Counted from the first letter of the stretch, positions 1-12,382 are shown. The stretch: 64,000 nt of DNA from Eledone cirrhosa (GCA_964016885.1 OZ024760.1:12710001-12774000), one strand, 5' to 3'. A program made the numbers and translations. The notes: a model not told the origin generated them from the sequence alone.

Positions 1-182
1 CCGTGTCTCGCATATATATATATATGTATTATGTATGTATATATATCATCATTTCATCATTTCATCATTTCATTTTACGTCCACTTTTCCCTGCTTGCAA
101 GGGTGGGACGGGAGCTGATTCTGGCTTGATTTCTACAGCTGGATGCCCTTCCTAACACCAACCTCATTTACAGTGAGTGCTG

Positions 183-213
<31 letters not shown>

Positions 214-216
<3 letters not shown>

Positions 217-630
217 ATCAAAAGATGGTTAAAAGAGTTCATGTATTTTATTATGCGCATTTCAAAAACAAATATCATCATGCAATAACATTTGTGTTTT
301 CGTCAGATAAAATAGGGAGACATGATATGAAGGTTAAAAAACACTTGTGAATAGTGCAGTTTTAAATGAACATATGTTGATTTAAAACTGCACTATCCAC
401 AAGTGTTTTTTAACCTTCATATCATGTCTTCCTATTTTATCTGACGAAAACACAAATGTTATTGCATGATGATATTTGTTTTTGAAATGCGCATAATAAA
501 ATACATGGAACTCTTTTAACCATCTTTTGATCTTATATTATTTATACTCCAGTCCTACAAACTGTAGAGTGCTTCTTATCCGATATCTGCATTGCTTTAT
601 TGTACTACAATAAAACTCACCTCCTACACA
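214..630. mobile_element. Fold-back hammerhead element (Penelope-like inverted pLTR remnant) in (TA)n
   Basis: Near-perfect palindrome 214-534 centred on CATATG 371-376 (about 4 arm differences), plus an unpaired tail 535-630. Flanked by (TA)n. Partial relative at 14127-14260. Confidence 0.8.
433..503 (+). ncRNA. Type I hammerhead ribozyme (mirror copy on - strand at 244-314)
   Basis: tattttat-CTGACGA-stem II aaacacaaat...atttgttttt-GAAA-tgcgca-TA-ataaaata. Stem I pairs 8 bp and stem III is palindromic. Confidence 0.85.
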
Positions 631-805
631 TATATATATATATATATAAATATATATATATAAATATAAAAATTGAGATGAGCAGGGTATCTCAAATTAG
701 TACCATTGAACAACAATTATATTATAGACACCCTATATATCTGTATGGGTACTTAGTACTCAGGATGATATTTACCTCATTTTATATATATATATATATA
801 TATAT

Positions 806-1142
806 GTGTGAAGTAATTCCATCGGAAAAGTCCAGGAAAAAAGAGTGCTCTATGTATGCAACAGAGCTTAATTATTATTATTATGTAATAAACAACATAA
901 GGCAATTATTCCATTTACCAGTGGTTTCTTAAAAGCAAAAGGTTTTGCTTTCAATCCTCAGAATGAAAAATCCTGGTTTGTTTATTGAATATGGATTCTA
1001 AAAACCTTTTAGAAAGGTTTTTAGAATCCATATTCAATAAACAAACCAGGATTTTTCATTCTGAGGATTGAAAGCAAAACCTTTTGCTTTTAAGAAACCA
1101 CTGGTAAATGGAATAATTGCCTTATGTTGTTTATTACATAAT

Positions 1143-1148
<6 letters not shown>
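806..1148. mobile_element. Fold-back hammerhead element in (TA)n
   Basis: Palindrome about 874-1148 with apex about 1011, plus an unpaired tail 806-873 with a GCTCT...AGAGC hairpin. Relatives at 23120-23300, 25120-25195 and 49800-49970. Confidence 0.8.
1055..1113 (+). ncRNA. Type I hammerhead ribozyme (mirror copy on - strand at about 909-967)
   Basis: ttcatt-CTGAGGA-ttgaaagcaaa...ttttgcttttaa-GAAA-ccactgg-TA-aatgga. GUA cleavage triplet at 1104-1106. Confidence 0.85.
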
Positions 1149-1179
<31 letters not shown>

Positions 1180-3036
1180 CGCAGTCAGCACAATCAGAGC
1201 TACTATTCAAATCAGCAATTAATTTAGAATGCAAATAGGGGTCATATCATGGAGCAGTTCTTAAATACCCAAACCACCACCCCACCCCACCACCACCACC
1301 ACCACCACCCCTATCCTCCCAACCCCTGGCTTGTGTGTATTACAGTCATCCAGGCTATATAACAAGTCAGGCCTCAAGATCCATCCATCTATGGGAACCT
1401 CTGTATAGAAATGACCCAGTTCTCAGCATAAGGGAATCTATCAATGGTTTCAGGAATATAATTTGCAAGGGTTGATCTCATGAGCCTGAATCCCACAGAG
1501 GAGGGGACAAAAGACGGGTTGAGGTGTTGGGGTGGCATAGATCTGGCCAACCCATCATCATCATCATTTAAAGCCTATCTTCCACACTAGCATGGGTATG
1601 AATGTGTGTGTGTGTCTTTGTAGGGCAAGAAGGGTTGAGATGAATGTGTGCTTGTATATGTGAGTATGTTTATGTGTGTGTGTGTTTGTGTGTGTTTATG
1701 TGTGTTAAGATGGCAAAGATGAGTCAAATCCATGTTGTGTGAATGTGTATGTGTGTTTACGTGAGTGTGTTTATGTGAGTGTGTTTACGCGAGTGTGTTT
1801 ACGTGTGTGTGTTTACGTGAGTGTGTTTATGTGTGTGTGTTTTTACGTGAGTGTTTGAGGTGTTGTGGTGGCAGAAAGAGAAGGAGAGAGAGAGAAGGGG
1901 AAATACATGGCAGGGAGATGTCTTTCTCTCCCCATTAATGACAATAAACAGTTATCATATATGTTGGTGACAGCAGAGAGAAAGGGGGGGGGGGGGCAAC
2001 AGGTAGAGATTCTCTCTCTCTTCCTCATCTCCTTCCCTAACTCAATTAACAACCCTCACCTGAAAAAGACCAAAACCACAGAGACAACAACAACAACAGC
2101 AGCAACAGCAACAACAGCAACAGCAAGAAGAAGAAGAAGAAGAAGAAGAAGAAGAAGAAGAAGAAGAAGAAGAAGAAGAAGAAGAACAATAGAAAGAGAA
2201 AGAAAGAGTGAAGATCAATAAAGGAATGTGATGTGATGACAGAAGTGTGTCTCCTGGCAATGACAGCTTCAATAATTCTTAGAAACCATAATTATTAACG
2301 CTGAAGTGTTTGGTAAAGTGGTGTGTGGTAGATAGAGAGGTAGGGAGAGAGAGAGACAGGTAGACAGAGAGATAGACAGAGAGATTTATAGAGAGATAGA
2401 GAGAGAGATAGAGAGGTAGGGAGAGAGACAGGTAGATAGAGAGATAGAGAGACAGGAAGATAGAGAGATAGATAGATAGATAGAGAGAGAGATAGGTAGG
2501 GAGAGAGACAGGTAGATAGAGAGATAGAGAGACAGGTAGATAGAGAGACAGGGAGATAGAGAGATTTATAGAGAGATAGAGAGGTAGATAGAGAGATAGA
2601 GTGTCAGATAGACAGAGATAAAGAGAGAGATCACCAAGCGAGACCAGCCAAGTTCATGGATGTTATCCAACCATCTTGTTCATGGGGACAGAGTCCTTAA
2701 ACACTCCTTCCAGCAGGCCCTGTCAGAAGCAACCATCTCCAACTGATCTGGCTGGATTCCCCAAGCAAGACCGAGCTCATGGATGTTATCTAACCATCTT
2801 GCTCAGGGTCTACCCCGGGCTCTCAGATGTTTATTGTTAATAAAGAAAACCTGACGACTAAATAAAGTAACTACATTATTTTCAAAATATTTTTGTAAAC
2901 CATAGGTAGTTTTTTTCACAGGATATGTGGTAACAAAAGGGTTAAAACTGCCCCAGTAGTTTCTTCAGTCTGTGCCCTCATTGCCCTCAATGCTAAATTC
3001 TTACATTAAACAACATAATGTTAATTATTAATAAAG

Positions 3037-4609
3037 GTAGATCATTGGGTAGATCAACCACCAGTCACATCCTGGTGCTGAGGAAGATAGGGTAGATCAA
3101 CCACCAGTCACATCCTGGTGCTGAGGAAGATAGGGTAGATCAACCACCAGTCACATCCTGGTGCTGAGGAAGATAGGGTAGATCAACCACCAGTCACATC
3201 CTGGTGCTGAGGAAGATAGGGTAGATCAACCACCAGTCACATCCTGATGCTGAGGAGGATAGGGTAGATCAACCACCAGTCACATCCTGATGCTGAGGAA
3301 GATAGGGTAGATCAACCACCAGTCACATCCTGATGCTGAGGAGGATAGGGTAGATCAACCACCAGTCACATCCTGATGCTGAGGAGGATAGGGTAGATCA
3401 ACCACCAGTCACATCCTGATGCTGAGGAAGATAGGGTAGATCAACCACCAGTCACATCCTGATGCTGAGGAGGATAGGGTAGATCAACCACCAGTCACAT
3501 CCTGATGCTGAGGAGGATAGGGTAGATCAACCACCAGTCACATCCTGATGCTGAGGAGGATATTAGAGGGAGCTAGAGCAAAGTGCCTTCCTGCGGTCAT
3601 GGTTTTCATTGACTTTAGGAAGGCCTTTGATTCTGTCTGATGAAGATCTTACAGGCTTATGGAATCCCCAAGAAGATAGTGGACCTGATATCACTGCTCT
3701 ACACCAACACCAAAGCCCAAGTCATTGCACCTGATGGGTTGACAGAGTTCTTTGAGATACTGGCTGCAGTGCTCCAGGGAGATACATTGGCTCCCTACTT
3801 TTTTATCATCGTAGTGGACTATTGTATGTGTCTTGCACTGGAGAAACACCAGGACTCTGGCTTTACTGTAGCACCGGCTCAGAGCAGGAGAGTTAGGGCG
3901 AAAAAGGTATCGGATGCTGAATTTGCCGATGACATAGTTTTGGTGACAAATACAGTGAAGGAGGCAGAGGATTTGATGCGGGAGGTTGAGACTGTGTCGA
4001 TGAGTGTGGGGCTGAGAATGAATGAGACTAAAACAAAATATCTGGTAGAGAATGTTGAGAAGCCAGAGGGGATCACTAATGTAGGCAGGAAGCCGCTAGA
4101 ATTGGTTGAGGGCTTCCTGTATTTGGGAGCAAAGATTGGGAATACGGAAGATGATGTGGTTGAGAGGAAGAGCAAGGTCTGGGCGGCGTGCCACAGCTTG
4201 AGATCGGTGTGGAAGTCGGACCTTCGTAGAGACCTGAAAGTCCGCCTCTTCATTGCTGTAGTGGAGTCTGTGCTGCTGTATGGGTCTGAGACTTGGACAC
4301 TGACCAAGAAATTCACTCGGATGGTGGATGGGTGCTACACGAGAATGCTGAGGATGGCTCTGAACATTAATCCGTATACACTGAGGATGAAAAACTCAGA
4401 GCTGTATGGGAGCATCCCAAAAGTCAGCTCAAAAGTGACACAGAGGAGACTGAGGTTAGCTGGACATGCTCACCGACATCCAGAGTTGACATTGCTCCTT
4501 TGGGAGCCCCTACATGGACACACTAGAAGAGGAACACCAAGGTGAACGTATGTTGATGCCCCAAGGACAGACACTGGTCTGTTGGAGACGCAGGACATGG
4601 CAGCGATAG
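3037..4609 (+). mobile_element. RTE-clade non-LTR retrotransposon fragment (defective reverse transcriptase)
   Basis: FIDFRKAFDSV, VLQGDTLAP, EFADD, FLYLG, LLYGSETW and RRLRLAGH motifs. Stop and frameshift near 3640. Candidate flanking duplication ATTAATAAAG at 3027-3036 and 4610-4619. Confidence 0.9.
3047..3562 (+). repeat. 43-bp tandem array x12 derived from RT coding sequence
   Basis: Unit gggtagatcaaccaccagtcacatcctgatgctgaggaggata encodes GRSTTSHILMLRRI. The last unit runs in frame into LEGARAK...FIDFRKAFDSV. Confidence 0.9.
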
Positions 4610-5088
4610 ATTAATAAAGAAAATCAACAACTAATTATAAAGTAGCTCTTCATTATTTTAAAAATTATCTACAAAGCCAGAGACAGTGTAAAAAGGGCTA
4701 AGTTCCCACAGACACATATCTACAACAGCATCAACAACAACAACAACAACAGCAACAGCAACAGCAACAGCAACAACAACAACATCAACAACAGCAACAA
4801 TAAATGAGATTAAAATATCTAAAGAGAATATAATGTCTCAATTATGAAAGAAGAAATAAAGTGAAATATTTATTTTAGGTAAAAACCTCAGGAACCATGA
4901 CGAGGTAGAGAAAGGATGTTTCTAAATATGTTTCATCTTAATTATATTTAATTAGTAGATAATGTTTATTTAACCTTTTACATACTAAACTACCTCAAAC
5001 TAATCCTTTTTTAATAATACATAACTGTTTATTTTACAATATTTACAGGCAGTGTCTTTCGGTAGAAATATAATAATAATAAAAGGCT

Positions 5089-5434
5089 TAACCATTTACA
5101 TTATTCTATAGATACTATTGTATTTTTGTGATAAAGGATTTATCTCACATAATATGAGAACAATACCTTAACATCAGTATGACCCTCAGTTACCCCCGGT
5201 TTGAACAGAAATAGGTGAGGAAATTCTGGCCAGACATAGCTGGTTTAAATGCTAAATATATACTATTGTATTTTTATGATAAAGGATTTATCTCACACAA
5301 TATCGAATCTATGAGATTTTGATATTATTTATCTTGAGAACAATACCTTAACATCAGTATGAGTGGCCGGTTACAACAGAAAGAGGTGAGAGAATTCTGA
5401 CCACATATGGTTGGTTTAAACGCTAAAGGGTTAA
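5089..5434. mobile_element. piggyBac-type MITE copy with internal duplication
   Basis: Ends ...aaacgctaaagggTTAA. Body matches the copies at 12834, 26915 and 33907 and is present twice. Confidence 0.6.
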
Positions 5435-6299
5435 AGTATTTATAATAATCTAAAAATCTTCCAACATAATTTTATGTAAGAACCTTTGTTAAGTTATGTT
5501 CCAAATACCAGCAGTGTTTTTCAGTATGAAATGTTTAAACTGGGGGCGATTACACCGATTTTCACCTCCCCCAAAATTGCTGGCCTTGTGCCTAAATCAG
5601 AAACCATTCATAGAGTTATGGCCCTTTACGTTCTGAGTTCAAATCCTGCCGAGGTTAACTTTGCCTTTCATCCTTACGGGGTCAATAAAATAAAGTACCA
5701 GTAATACACTGGGGTAATTGCTGGCCTTGTGCCCAATGTATAAACAATTATTATCATTGTTTTACTTGTTTAATAGGTTTCCCTGTTTTATTTTTGTTTT
5801 CAGAATATAATAATTATGTTTTTCTAAAATACTATAATTATTCAGTAATTAATAAGTAATTTGATGGTAAAATTAACGAATGGATATTGTTGTTATTGTT
5901 GTTGTAGTTGATGTTATTTAACCTCAGACAACATGATCAAACAGACAGTATCATAATCATCAACACTACTATCATCATCATCACAATCAGGATCAAACAG
6001 ACATCATCATCACCATCACTGTCCCCATCACCACCATCACCATCATCATCACCATCACCACCACTCAGTCCACACTGTAAGAAGGCTCCAAGTCCACACT
6101 GTAAAAGTGGTTGGTGTTAGCAAAGGCATCCAGCCGTAGAAAATCTATCAGACACTTCCGTACGAGTGAGGCACGGTCTCCCGACCCGTCCCGCATCAAA
6201 TGGAACAAAACCGTCTAACCCATAGCGTGGAAGATGGACATTAAACAATGATGATGATGATGATGATGATATATATATATATATATATATCATTTTTTT

Positions 6300-6420
6300 T
6301 TTGACTTCTACAGGACTAGAACTGTTCGATTCGGGAGAAATCATCAGGAAAGCCGACTGTCAATGAGATATGGTGGTATTTATACTCTGCTAAGTATTGA
6401 GTACCTTACTTACCGGCATA
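6300..6420. mobile_element. Collapsed inverted hammerhead element (decayed HHR on -, tail hairpin on +)
   Basis: Minus strand reads CTGATGA...cgaac-agttctagtcctg-TA (GAAA damaged). Plus strand has the tail tactctgctaagtattgagta. Same family as 7896, 43777 and 51320. Confidence 0.55.
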
Positions 6421-6454
6421 AACATATATATATATATATATATATAAAGTAATA

Positions 6455-6624
6455 ATAATAAATGTGAAGACTAAAATCCAAAGAGGGCTCGATAAGAACC
6501 CTAGAGCAAATATTTATTAAAATAACAGATTAAAGTTTAAGCAAAGAATTGCTGCTTTCACCCTTAACAGGATCTTCCCGTTAAGGGTGCTTTGCTTAAA
6601 CTTGAATCTGTTATTTTAATAAAA
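6455..6624. mobile_element. Fold-back element with truncated hammerhead
   Basis: Inverted arms 6513-6624 with inner cacccttaac/gttaagggtg. Minus strand retains gaaga-stem II-GAAA-gca...tgc-TT. Tail hairpin gctc...gagc at 6487-6507. Confidence 0.6.
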
Positions 6625-7329
6625 TATATATATGTCCAAAACGGCCGACTAAATGCGCTTCTTTTCTCTCCCCAAAACTTGTTGTATCCACTCCTTCCTG
6701 TTGTTTAGTACATTTACTCCCCATGGAAGATAGCAATTAAGATTAATGGAGTTAAAGCTGATAGCTCAACATTCCATCACCAACTTCCTCCTTAATTTAA
6801 ATATTAATTAATCTATGATAAAATAAAGCCACGATGAAGAAGAAAATTTATGAAGAGAAATTATATCTTACGCCCACCCAACATAGCATATATGTGTATA
6901 CATATATATGCATATGTATGTATATATATGTGTGTATGTATATATACACCAGAACATATAGACAGATTTATCAGAAAGACCAAACTAACTTGAAAGAAGA
7001 ACATTATCATTGCTATAATTACTATAATAATAATTACTACTACTACTACTGACAACACTACCACCACTACTACCACAACTACTACTGTTGCTACTTCTAC
7101 TACCACTACCACCACCACTTCTACTACTACCACTATTCAGAAGAACTTCATTTAGCTATTATATGGAGCTAATTAAAACAGAAGATTACTAACTGTTCGT
7201 TAATGGCTAAGAAGATGAAGTTAATTAACAGCAGTACAGTTAACATTTTCCATGTCTCCCAATATTTCCATGGAACTTTCTATTCTTGTCTTGTTCAGTT
7301 TTTCATTCCCACCATTTTCCAATTATTTT

Positions 7330-7556
7330 CTACACCAAACCAAAGCAAACTGGAGTGAATTGAAGCAAACTGAAGTGAACCGAAGCAAACCAAAGTGAAC
7401 CTAAGCAAACTGAAGCAAACCGAAGCAAACCGAAGCAAACCGAAGCAAATCTAAGCAAACCTAAGCAAAACGAAGCAAACCGAAGTGAACCGAAACAAAC
7501 CAAAGCAAACCTAATCGAACTGAAGCAAACCAAAGCCTACCGAAGTGAAGCAAACC
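7330..7556. repeat. 10-bp minisatellite (AAGCAAACCG-like)
   Basis: About 22 degenerate 10-bp units. Confidence 0.85.
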
Positions 7557-7629
7557 AATGCGACGCATACACAACAAAATATAAATTAGAATTATCTGAA
7601 GGAATTCATCAAATTTCTCTTCATCCTTC

Positions 7630-7870
7630 GGGGTCAATAAAATAAAGTACCAGTTATATCTTGGAGGTTGATAAAATAAAGTACCTGTCACGTCCTGGGG
7701 TTGATAAAATAAAGTACCAGTCATGTCCTGGAATCAATAAAATAAAGTACCTGTCATGTCCTGGGGTCATAAAATAAAGTACCTGTCATGTCCTGGGGTC
7801 AATAAAATAAAGTACCTGTCATGTCCTGGGGTCAATAAAATAAAGTACCTGTCATGTCCTGGGGTCGATG
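7630..7870 (+). repeat. About 33-bp tandem array derived from the SINE family B 3' region
   Basis: About 7 copies of ggggtcaataaaataaagtacctgtcatgtcct inside a SINE-B remnant. Confidence 0.8.
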
Positions 7871-7895
7871 TAATTGACTTTTCACTCCCCCAATA

Positions 7896-7942
7896 ATTTC
7901 TACAGGACCAGATGTTTCATTCATAAAAAATCTTCAGGAAAT
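7896..7942 (-). ncRNA. Hammerhead-like motif (weak stem II)
   Basis: atttc-CTGAAGA-ttttttatgaat-GAAA-ca...tg-TA-gaaat. A partial inverted arm follows at 7943-7980. Confidence 0.5.
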
Positions 7943-7996
7943 GCTTCCTTAAAAATGAAAGTTCTAGTCCTGTAGGAGTCATTTCTACAATAATAA

Positions 7997-8183
7997 TAAT
8001 TGTTTCTACTTTTGGCACAAGGCCATCAATTACCCAGTACATTACTGGTACTTTATTTTATCGACCCTGTAAGGATGAAAGGCAAAGTTAACCTCGGAGG
8101 GATTTGAAATCAGACCGTAAAGGGACATAACTATGCTGGAAAGCATGGCGTCCGACCCTCTACCAATACTGCCAATCCACCGC
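7997..8183 (-). mobile_element. tRNA-derived SINE family B
   Basis: A-box-like TGGCAGTATTGG and B-box-like TTCAAATCC. Other copies or fragments at about 5615-5750, 11305-11493, 12945-13065, 26050-26235, 39293-39472 and 62520-62660. Confidence 0.8.
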
Positions 8184-8204
8184 AATAATAATATATATAT
8201 ATGT

Positions 8205-8552
8205 GGAGGCACATGGCTTAATGGTTAGAGCATTGGCTTTGGAATCAAAAGGTTGTGAGTTCAATTCTCAGACCAGGTGATGTGTTGTTTCCTTGAGCAA
8301 GACACTTTATTTCACATTGCTCCAGTTTACTCAGCTGTAGAAATGAGATGATAGGGACTGGGATCCCTATCATTCCACTGCAAAAGTGGTCGTGGAGGTG
8401 CCACAGCAAAAAAGCACCCAGCACTCACTGTAAATGAGGTTGGTGTTAGGAAGGGCATCCAGCTGTAGAAATCAAGCCAGAATCAGTTCCCGTCCCACCC
8501 TTGCAAGCAGGGAGGGGCGGACGTAAAATGAAATGATGATGATGATGATGAT
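8205..8552 (+). mobile_element. tRNA-derived SINE family A, full length
   Basis: A box TGGCTTAATGG, B box GTTCAATTC, central CCTTGAGCAAGACACTT, 3' end ...GGACGTAAAATGA(TGA)n. Flanked by (TA)n. Confidence 0.88.
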
Positions 8553-8562
8553 ATATATATAT

Positions 8563-8760
8563 GTAAAAGGTAAACAGAAATAACAAAGCAAATGACACAG
8601 TACAATGAAGAAATATATTAGTTTAACGCTTGATATAATAGGAAAAATGTATGAATGTTTCAGACACAAGTCCTTCATCAGAAGATAGAGTAGGAAATAA
8701 AAGATGAAATAGAAAGAAAGAAAGCGAGAAGAGGAAAGATTGGAAATTTCCATATTTAGT
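8563..8760 (-). mobile_element. Hammerhead element with decayed stem I/III
   Basis: tctt-CTGATGA-aggac ttgt gtct-GAAA at 8685-8658. The relative at 50730-50841 retains ggac/gtcc-GAAA-cg-TT-aaga. Confidence 0.6.
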
Positions 8761-9002
8761 CAGCCATTTTAGAGAGATGATATATATATATATATATATA
8801 TAAATGAAAGTTAGAGTTAATATCTCTTACTGAAACCCTGTAAGCGAGAGATATAATTGTTATTGAGGCGGTTTGTATAATATAATTTAATTTTATTTTA
8901 TCATTCTGTCTGCTTCATGGTTAAATATTTCAAACAAATGTGGTCTTTCAACCCTCGTAATATTAGACACACGATTTACTGTGTTTCTTACTACATATAT
9001 AT

Positions 9003-9049
<47 letters not shown>

Positions 9050-9052
9050 CAG

Positions 9053-9115
9053 GTGAACAGTGAGCTGTACTGATGAAGGGTGATACCCAGAAACAGTGTC
9101 TGCAGTTCTGTTTAC
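9053..9115 (+). ncRNA. Type I hammerhead ribozyme
   Basis: gagctgta-CTGATGA-a gggt gat accc a-GAAA-cagtg-TC-tgcagttc. GUC at 9098-9100. Stem I extends through gtgaacag/ctgtttac. Confidence 0.88.
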
Positions 9116-9247
9116 ATGACAACACAAGAGCAAGAATGAAGTGTTCATTCTACTGACATGGCTTTAAAAATGAGGCTTGTTTGCATAATTGCAAACGAAT
9201 CGAATGTTATTATTAATATTAAAAAGACTCAGATTACATTTATTATT

Positions 9248-9293
<46 letters not shown>

Positions 9294-9854
9294 ACATACA
9301 CACACAGATATATATATACCTTACATACACATATGTGTGTGTGTGTGTCTTTGCTATAACTGCTTTTATATATATATATATATAGCTACATACATATATA
9401 CACGTGGTCCTATACAGTCTTCCCTCACATAAAAAAGGCAACAACAACAACAACATTGAAACCCATAAAAGAAGTTAGCAAGGTGATTAACAAATGAATA
9501 ATAATCAATGGTAAAATTAATTACCAGAACTAATTACAGAATAATAAAGGCTTATAGGAAAGTAAACAGTTTTCTTTGATAATGGTAGTGGTGGTGGGGT
9601 GGTGGGGTGTAGTGGTGGCGGGGTGGTGTTGGTGTAGTGGTGGTGGGGTGGTGCTGGTGGTAGTGGTGGTGGGGTGGTGCTGGTGTAGTGGTAGAGGGAA
9701 GGAATTATGATTAAAGTAGATATATAGACTACAAAAAATATAGGAACATATTTTGAACAGGTTCTATTCCTGCTGCGATAGTAAATCTTTCTAGAAAATT
9801 TTCCCAACCCTATTTCTAGGGCTTATCAAGGGCCAAACTGCTTGAAACTGCCCA

Positions 9855-9912
<58 letters not shown>

Positions 9913-9996
9913 CCGTTTCCTCTCACCCCCGTTTTGCTATATGTCTCTCCACCACTCCCCTTCACACCCTTTGAACTCTCTTCCCACACACTTTTC

Positions 9997-10028
9997 ACCT
10001 GAAGAAGGGCTTATGCCCGAAACGTCGT
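9997..10028 (+). ncRNA. Minimal hammerhead core (Penelope-like type)
   Basis: CTGAAGA-a gggc ttat gccc-GAAA-cg-TC. Stem I is only about 2 bp. AATAAA about 40 nt downstream. Lies in the TA-flanked insert 9912-10115. Confidence 0.7.
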
Positions 10029-10134
10029 TCCCCACACCACCCCACTCTCAAGAGCGTGAAACTAATAAACCTTTGTTCGTACTGCCTCTCTGTTTTGTTC
10101 CCGTTTAATTTTTCACTATATATATATATATATA

Positions 10135-10351
10135 TCACCATCATCATTTTCCCTTCTTGCAAGAGTGGGACGGGTCCTCTTCAGCACACCATCTCTCTAT
10201 TTGTCACGGTCCCTTGTCATCTCCACTGTGAACTTCAGTGATCTGAAGTCACCTTTCACCACCTCTGCCCATGTTTTTCGAGGTATTCCTCTCCTGCGTC
10301 TTCCTTCCACCGGGATTTCTTGGCACTTCTTCATCCAGCAGTCATCTTCCA
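10135..10351 (-). mobile_element. RTE LINE 3' end
   Basis: Encodes VEGRRRRGIPRKTWAEVVKGD...TRDRDK, then a 3'UTR cccgtcccactcttgcaagaagggaaaatgatgat shared with the SINE-A tail. Confidence 0.8.
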
Positions 10352-10374
10352 TATATATATATATATATATATAT

Positions 10375-10539
10375 ATGAAAGAATAGAGGTGTAACACACG
10401 AGTTATGATATATTGGTAAAAGGAAAAGAAAATGCTGACAAATTGTTCCCAGTTAAAAATAGTTTAATTAGGAATAAGTTGTCAGCATTTTCTTTTCCTT
10501 TTACCAATATATCATAACTCGTGTGTTACACCTCTATTC

Positions 10540-10545
<6 letters not shown>
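10375..10545. repeat. Inverted-repeat (hairpin) insert in (TA)n
   Basis: About 67-bp perfect arms atgaaagaatagagg...gctgacaa / ttgtcagc...cctctattctttcat. No ribozyme core visible. Confidence 0.85.
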
Positions 10546-10575
<30 letters not shown>

Positions 10576-10888
10576 TTTGGCCCCATTCGGTCATCAATGA
10601 CCAAGGTTTTGCCCCTAGAAAGTTTCCCTCTGAGGTACAAGCCTGGGCAAGGTTTTTTGTGGAAGACCAGCAGTCGCCCATGCATACCAGCCTCCCCTCT
10701 CTACACCACCAATGTTGTCCAAGGGAAAGACAATGACCGATACAGCTTGGCACCAGTGACATTGCAACTCATTTCTACAGCTGAGTAAACTGGAGTAACG
10801 TGAAATAAAGTGTCTTGCTCAAGGAAACAACACATCACCCGGTCCGAGAATCAAACTCATAACCATTCGATTGCAATCCATGCACCTT

Positions 10889-10937
<49 letters not shown>

Positions 10938-11023
10938 AAAGTTCTATTTAAGGAACTTCCAACAGTAATGGTTGCATTTTTTAAGGGTATGTCAATATTT
11001 ATTTATAAAACTGGTATATATTG

Positions 11024-11088
11024 TATTTTGTCTGATGAAAGCACACCATAATTTAACGTGGTGTCCTTGAAATATGTATAATAAAATA
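11024..11088 (+). ncRNA. Type I hammerhead ribozyme
   Basis: tattttgt-CTGATGA-aagcacacca...tggtgtcctt-GAAA-tatgta-TA-ataaaata. Distal stem tatttataaaac/gttttataaata. Confidence 0.85.
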
Positions 11089-11132
11089 AATATGGTTTTA
11101 TAAATATAGTTTCCATTTGTTAATATCGTATA

Positions 11133-11166
<34 letters not shown>

Positions 11167-11941
11167 AAGTTAACTGTCTCTAATATGTCAATTTGATAGA
11201 CTTTTCCCTCCTTCTCCTGCCTAAACCAGAAACCATTTATTAGTTCAAAAGTTCAAATCCTGCCGAGGTGAGTTTTGTATTTTATCTTTACAGGGTCGAT
11301 AAAATTGTTTATACTTTTTGGCACAAGGCCAGCAATTATTCCAGTACATTACTGGTACTTTATTATATCGACCCCGTAAGGATGGAAGGCAAAGTTAACC
11401 TCGGCGGGATTTAAACTCAGAACGTAAAGGGCCGCAATTCTATGCTGAAAAGCATGGTATCGGACCCTCTACCGATACTGCCAGCCACCGCCCCTCAGGG
11501 TCAATAAAATAAATTAATACAGTACCAGTAACAGACTCAGGGATCAATGTGATCAACACTTCCCTCCCACCCCAGACACTTTATTGCTGGCCTTGTGCCT
11601 AAAACCGAAACTTTTATTCTACCAATAAGATTGGTAGAACTCTGGTGTCTGTTGGTATGTAGTAAATAAGATATAGAATTTTATATAATTCATCCCTTAG
11701 AACATTCTTTTAATTTCTTAAATTCTTGTTAACAAACAACAACAAAATTATAGATAATTTCTGTTTTTCAAATATCAAATTTAAAAGATAAAAACAATGA
11801 AAAAAAAAAAAATATATATATACACACACACACACACATATACACACACATATACACACACGCACACATACATATATATACACACATACACGTACATACA
11901 CACACACACATACACACATATATATACACACACACACACAC

Positions 11942-11972
<31 letters not shown>

Positions 11973-12382
11973 TATATATGATATAATATAAAGTTTCTGC
12001 TACTTTCTATTGTTGTATATATTTTCTGTTAATAAACTGGAGGGCAATGTAAAAATTTAAAAATCAATTGTTCTTAATTTCAGCTAAACCTTCCTCCAGT
12101 CTTGGAGCAAGATTGCTATATAGACAGGTGGGTGTAGGGGTGAGGTAAGAGTGAGGGAGGGGAGAGGAAGAGGTGGGGTGGGGTGGATGGGTGGTGATAG
12201 ATGGGGGTGAGAGAGGGAAGAAAGAAAGAAGGAAAAGATAGGGCTGAGAGAGAGAGGAGAAAGAGAGAGAGTGAAGGAAGAGAGAGAGAGAGAGGGAGGG
12301 ACCCAGTTCTCCTTCCTTGCAAGAATATTATGGTAATATATAAAATATATATACACACACACATATATTTATATACATGTAT

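Noticed and set aside
3047-3562. CRISPR-like appearance of the regular arrays (also 13141, 44220, 60266)
   Set aside because: Head-to-tail repeats without unique spacers, no cas genes, eukaryotic context. Most units trace to retroelements.
8205-8280. tRNA gene candidates at SINE heads (also about 12720, 35455, 59915, 61990)
   Set aside because: A/B boxes continue into SINE bodies or are decayed, with no intact cloverleaf or terminator.
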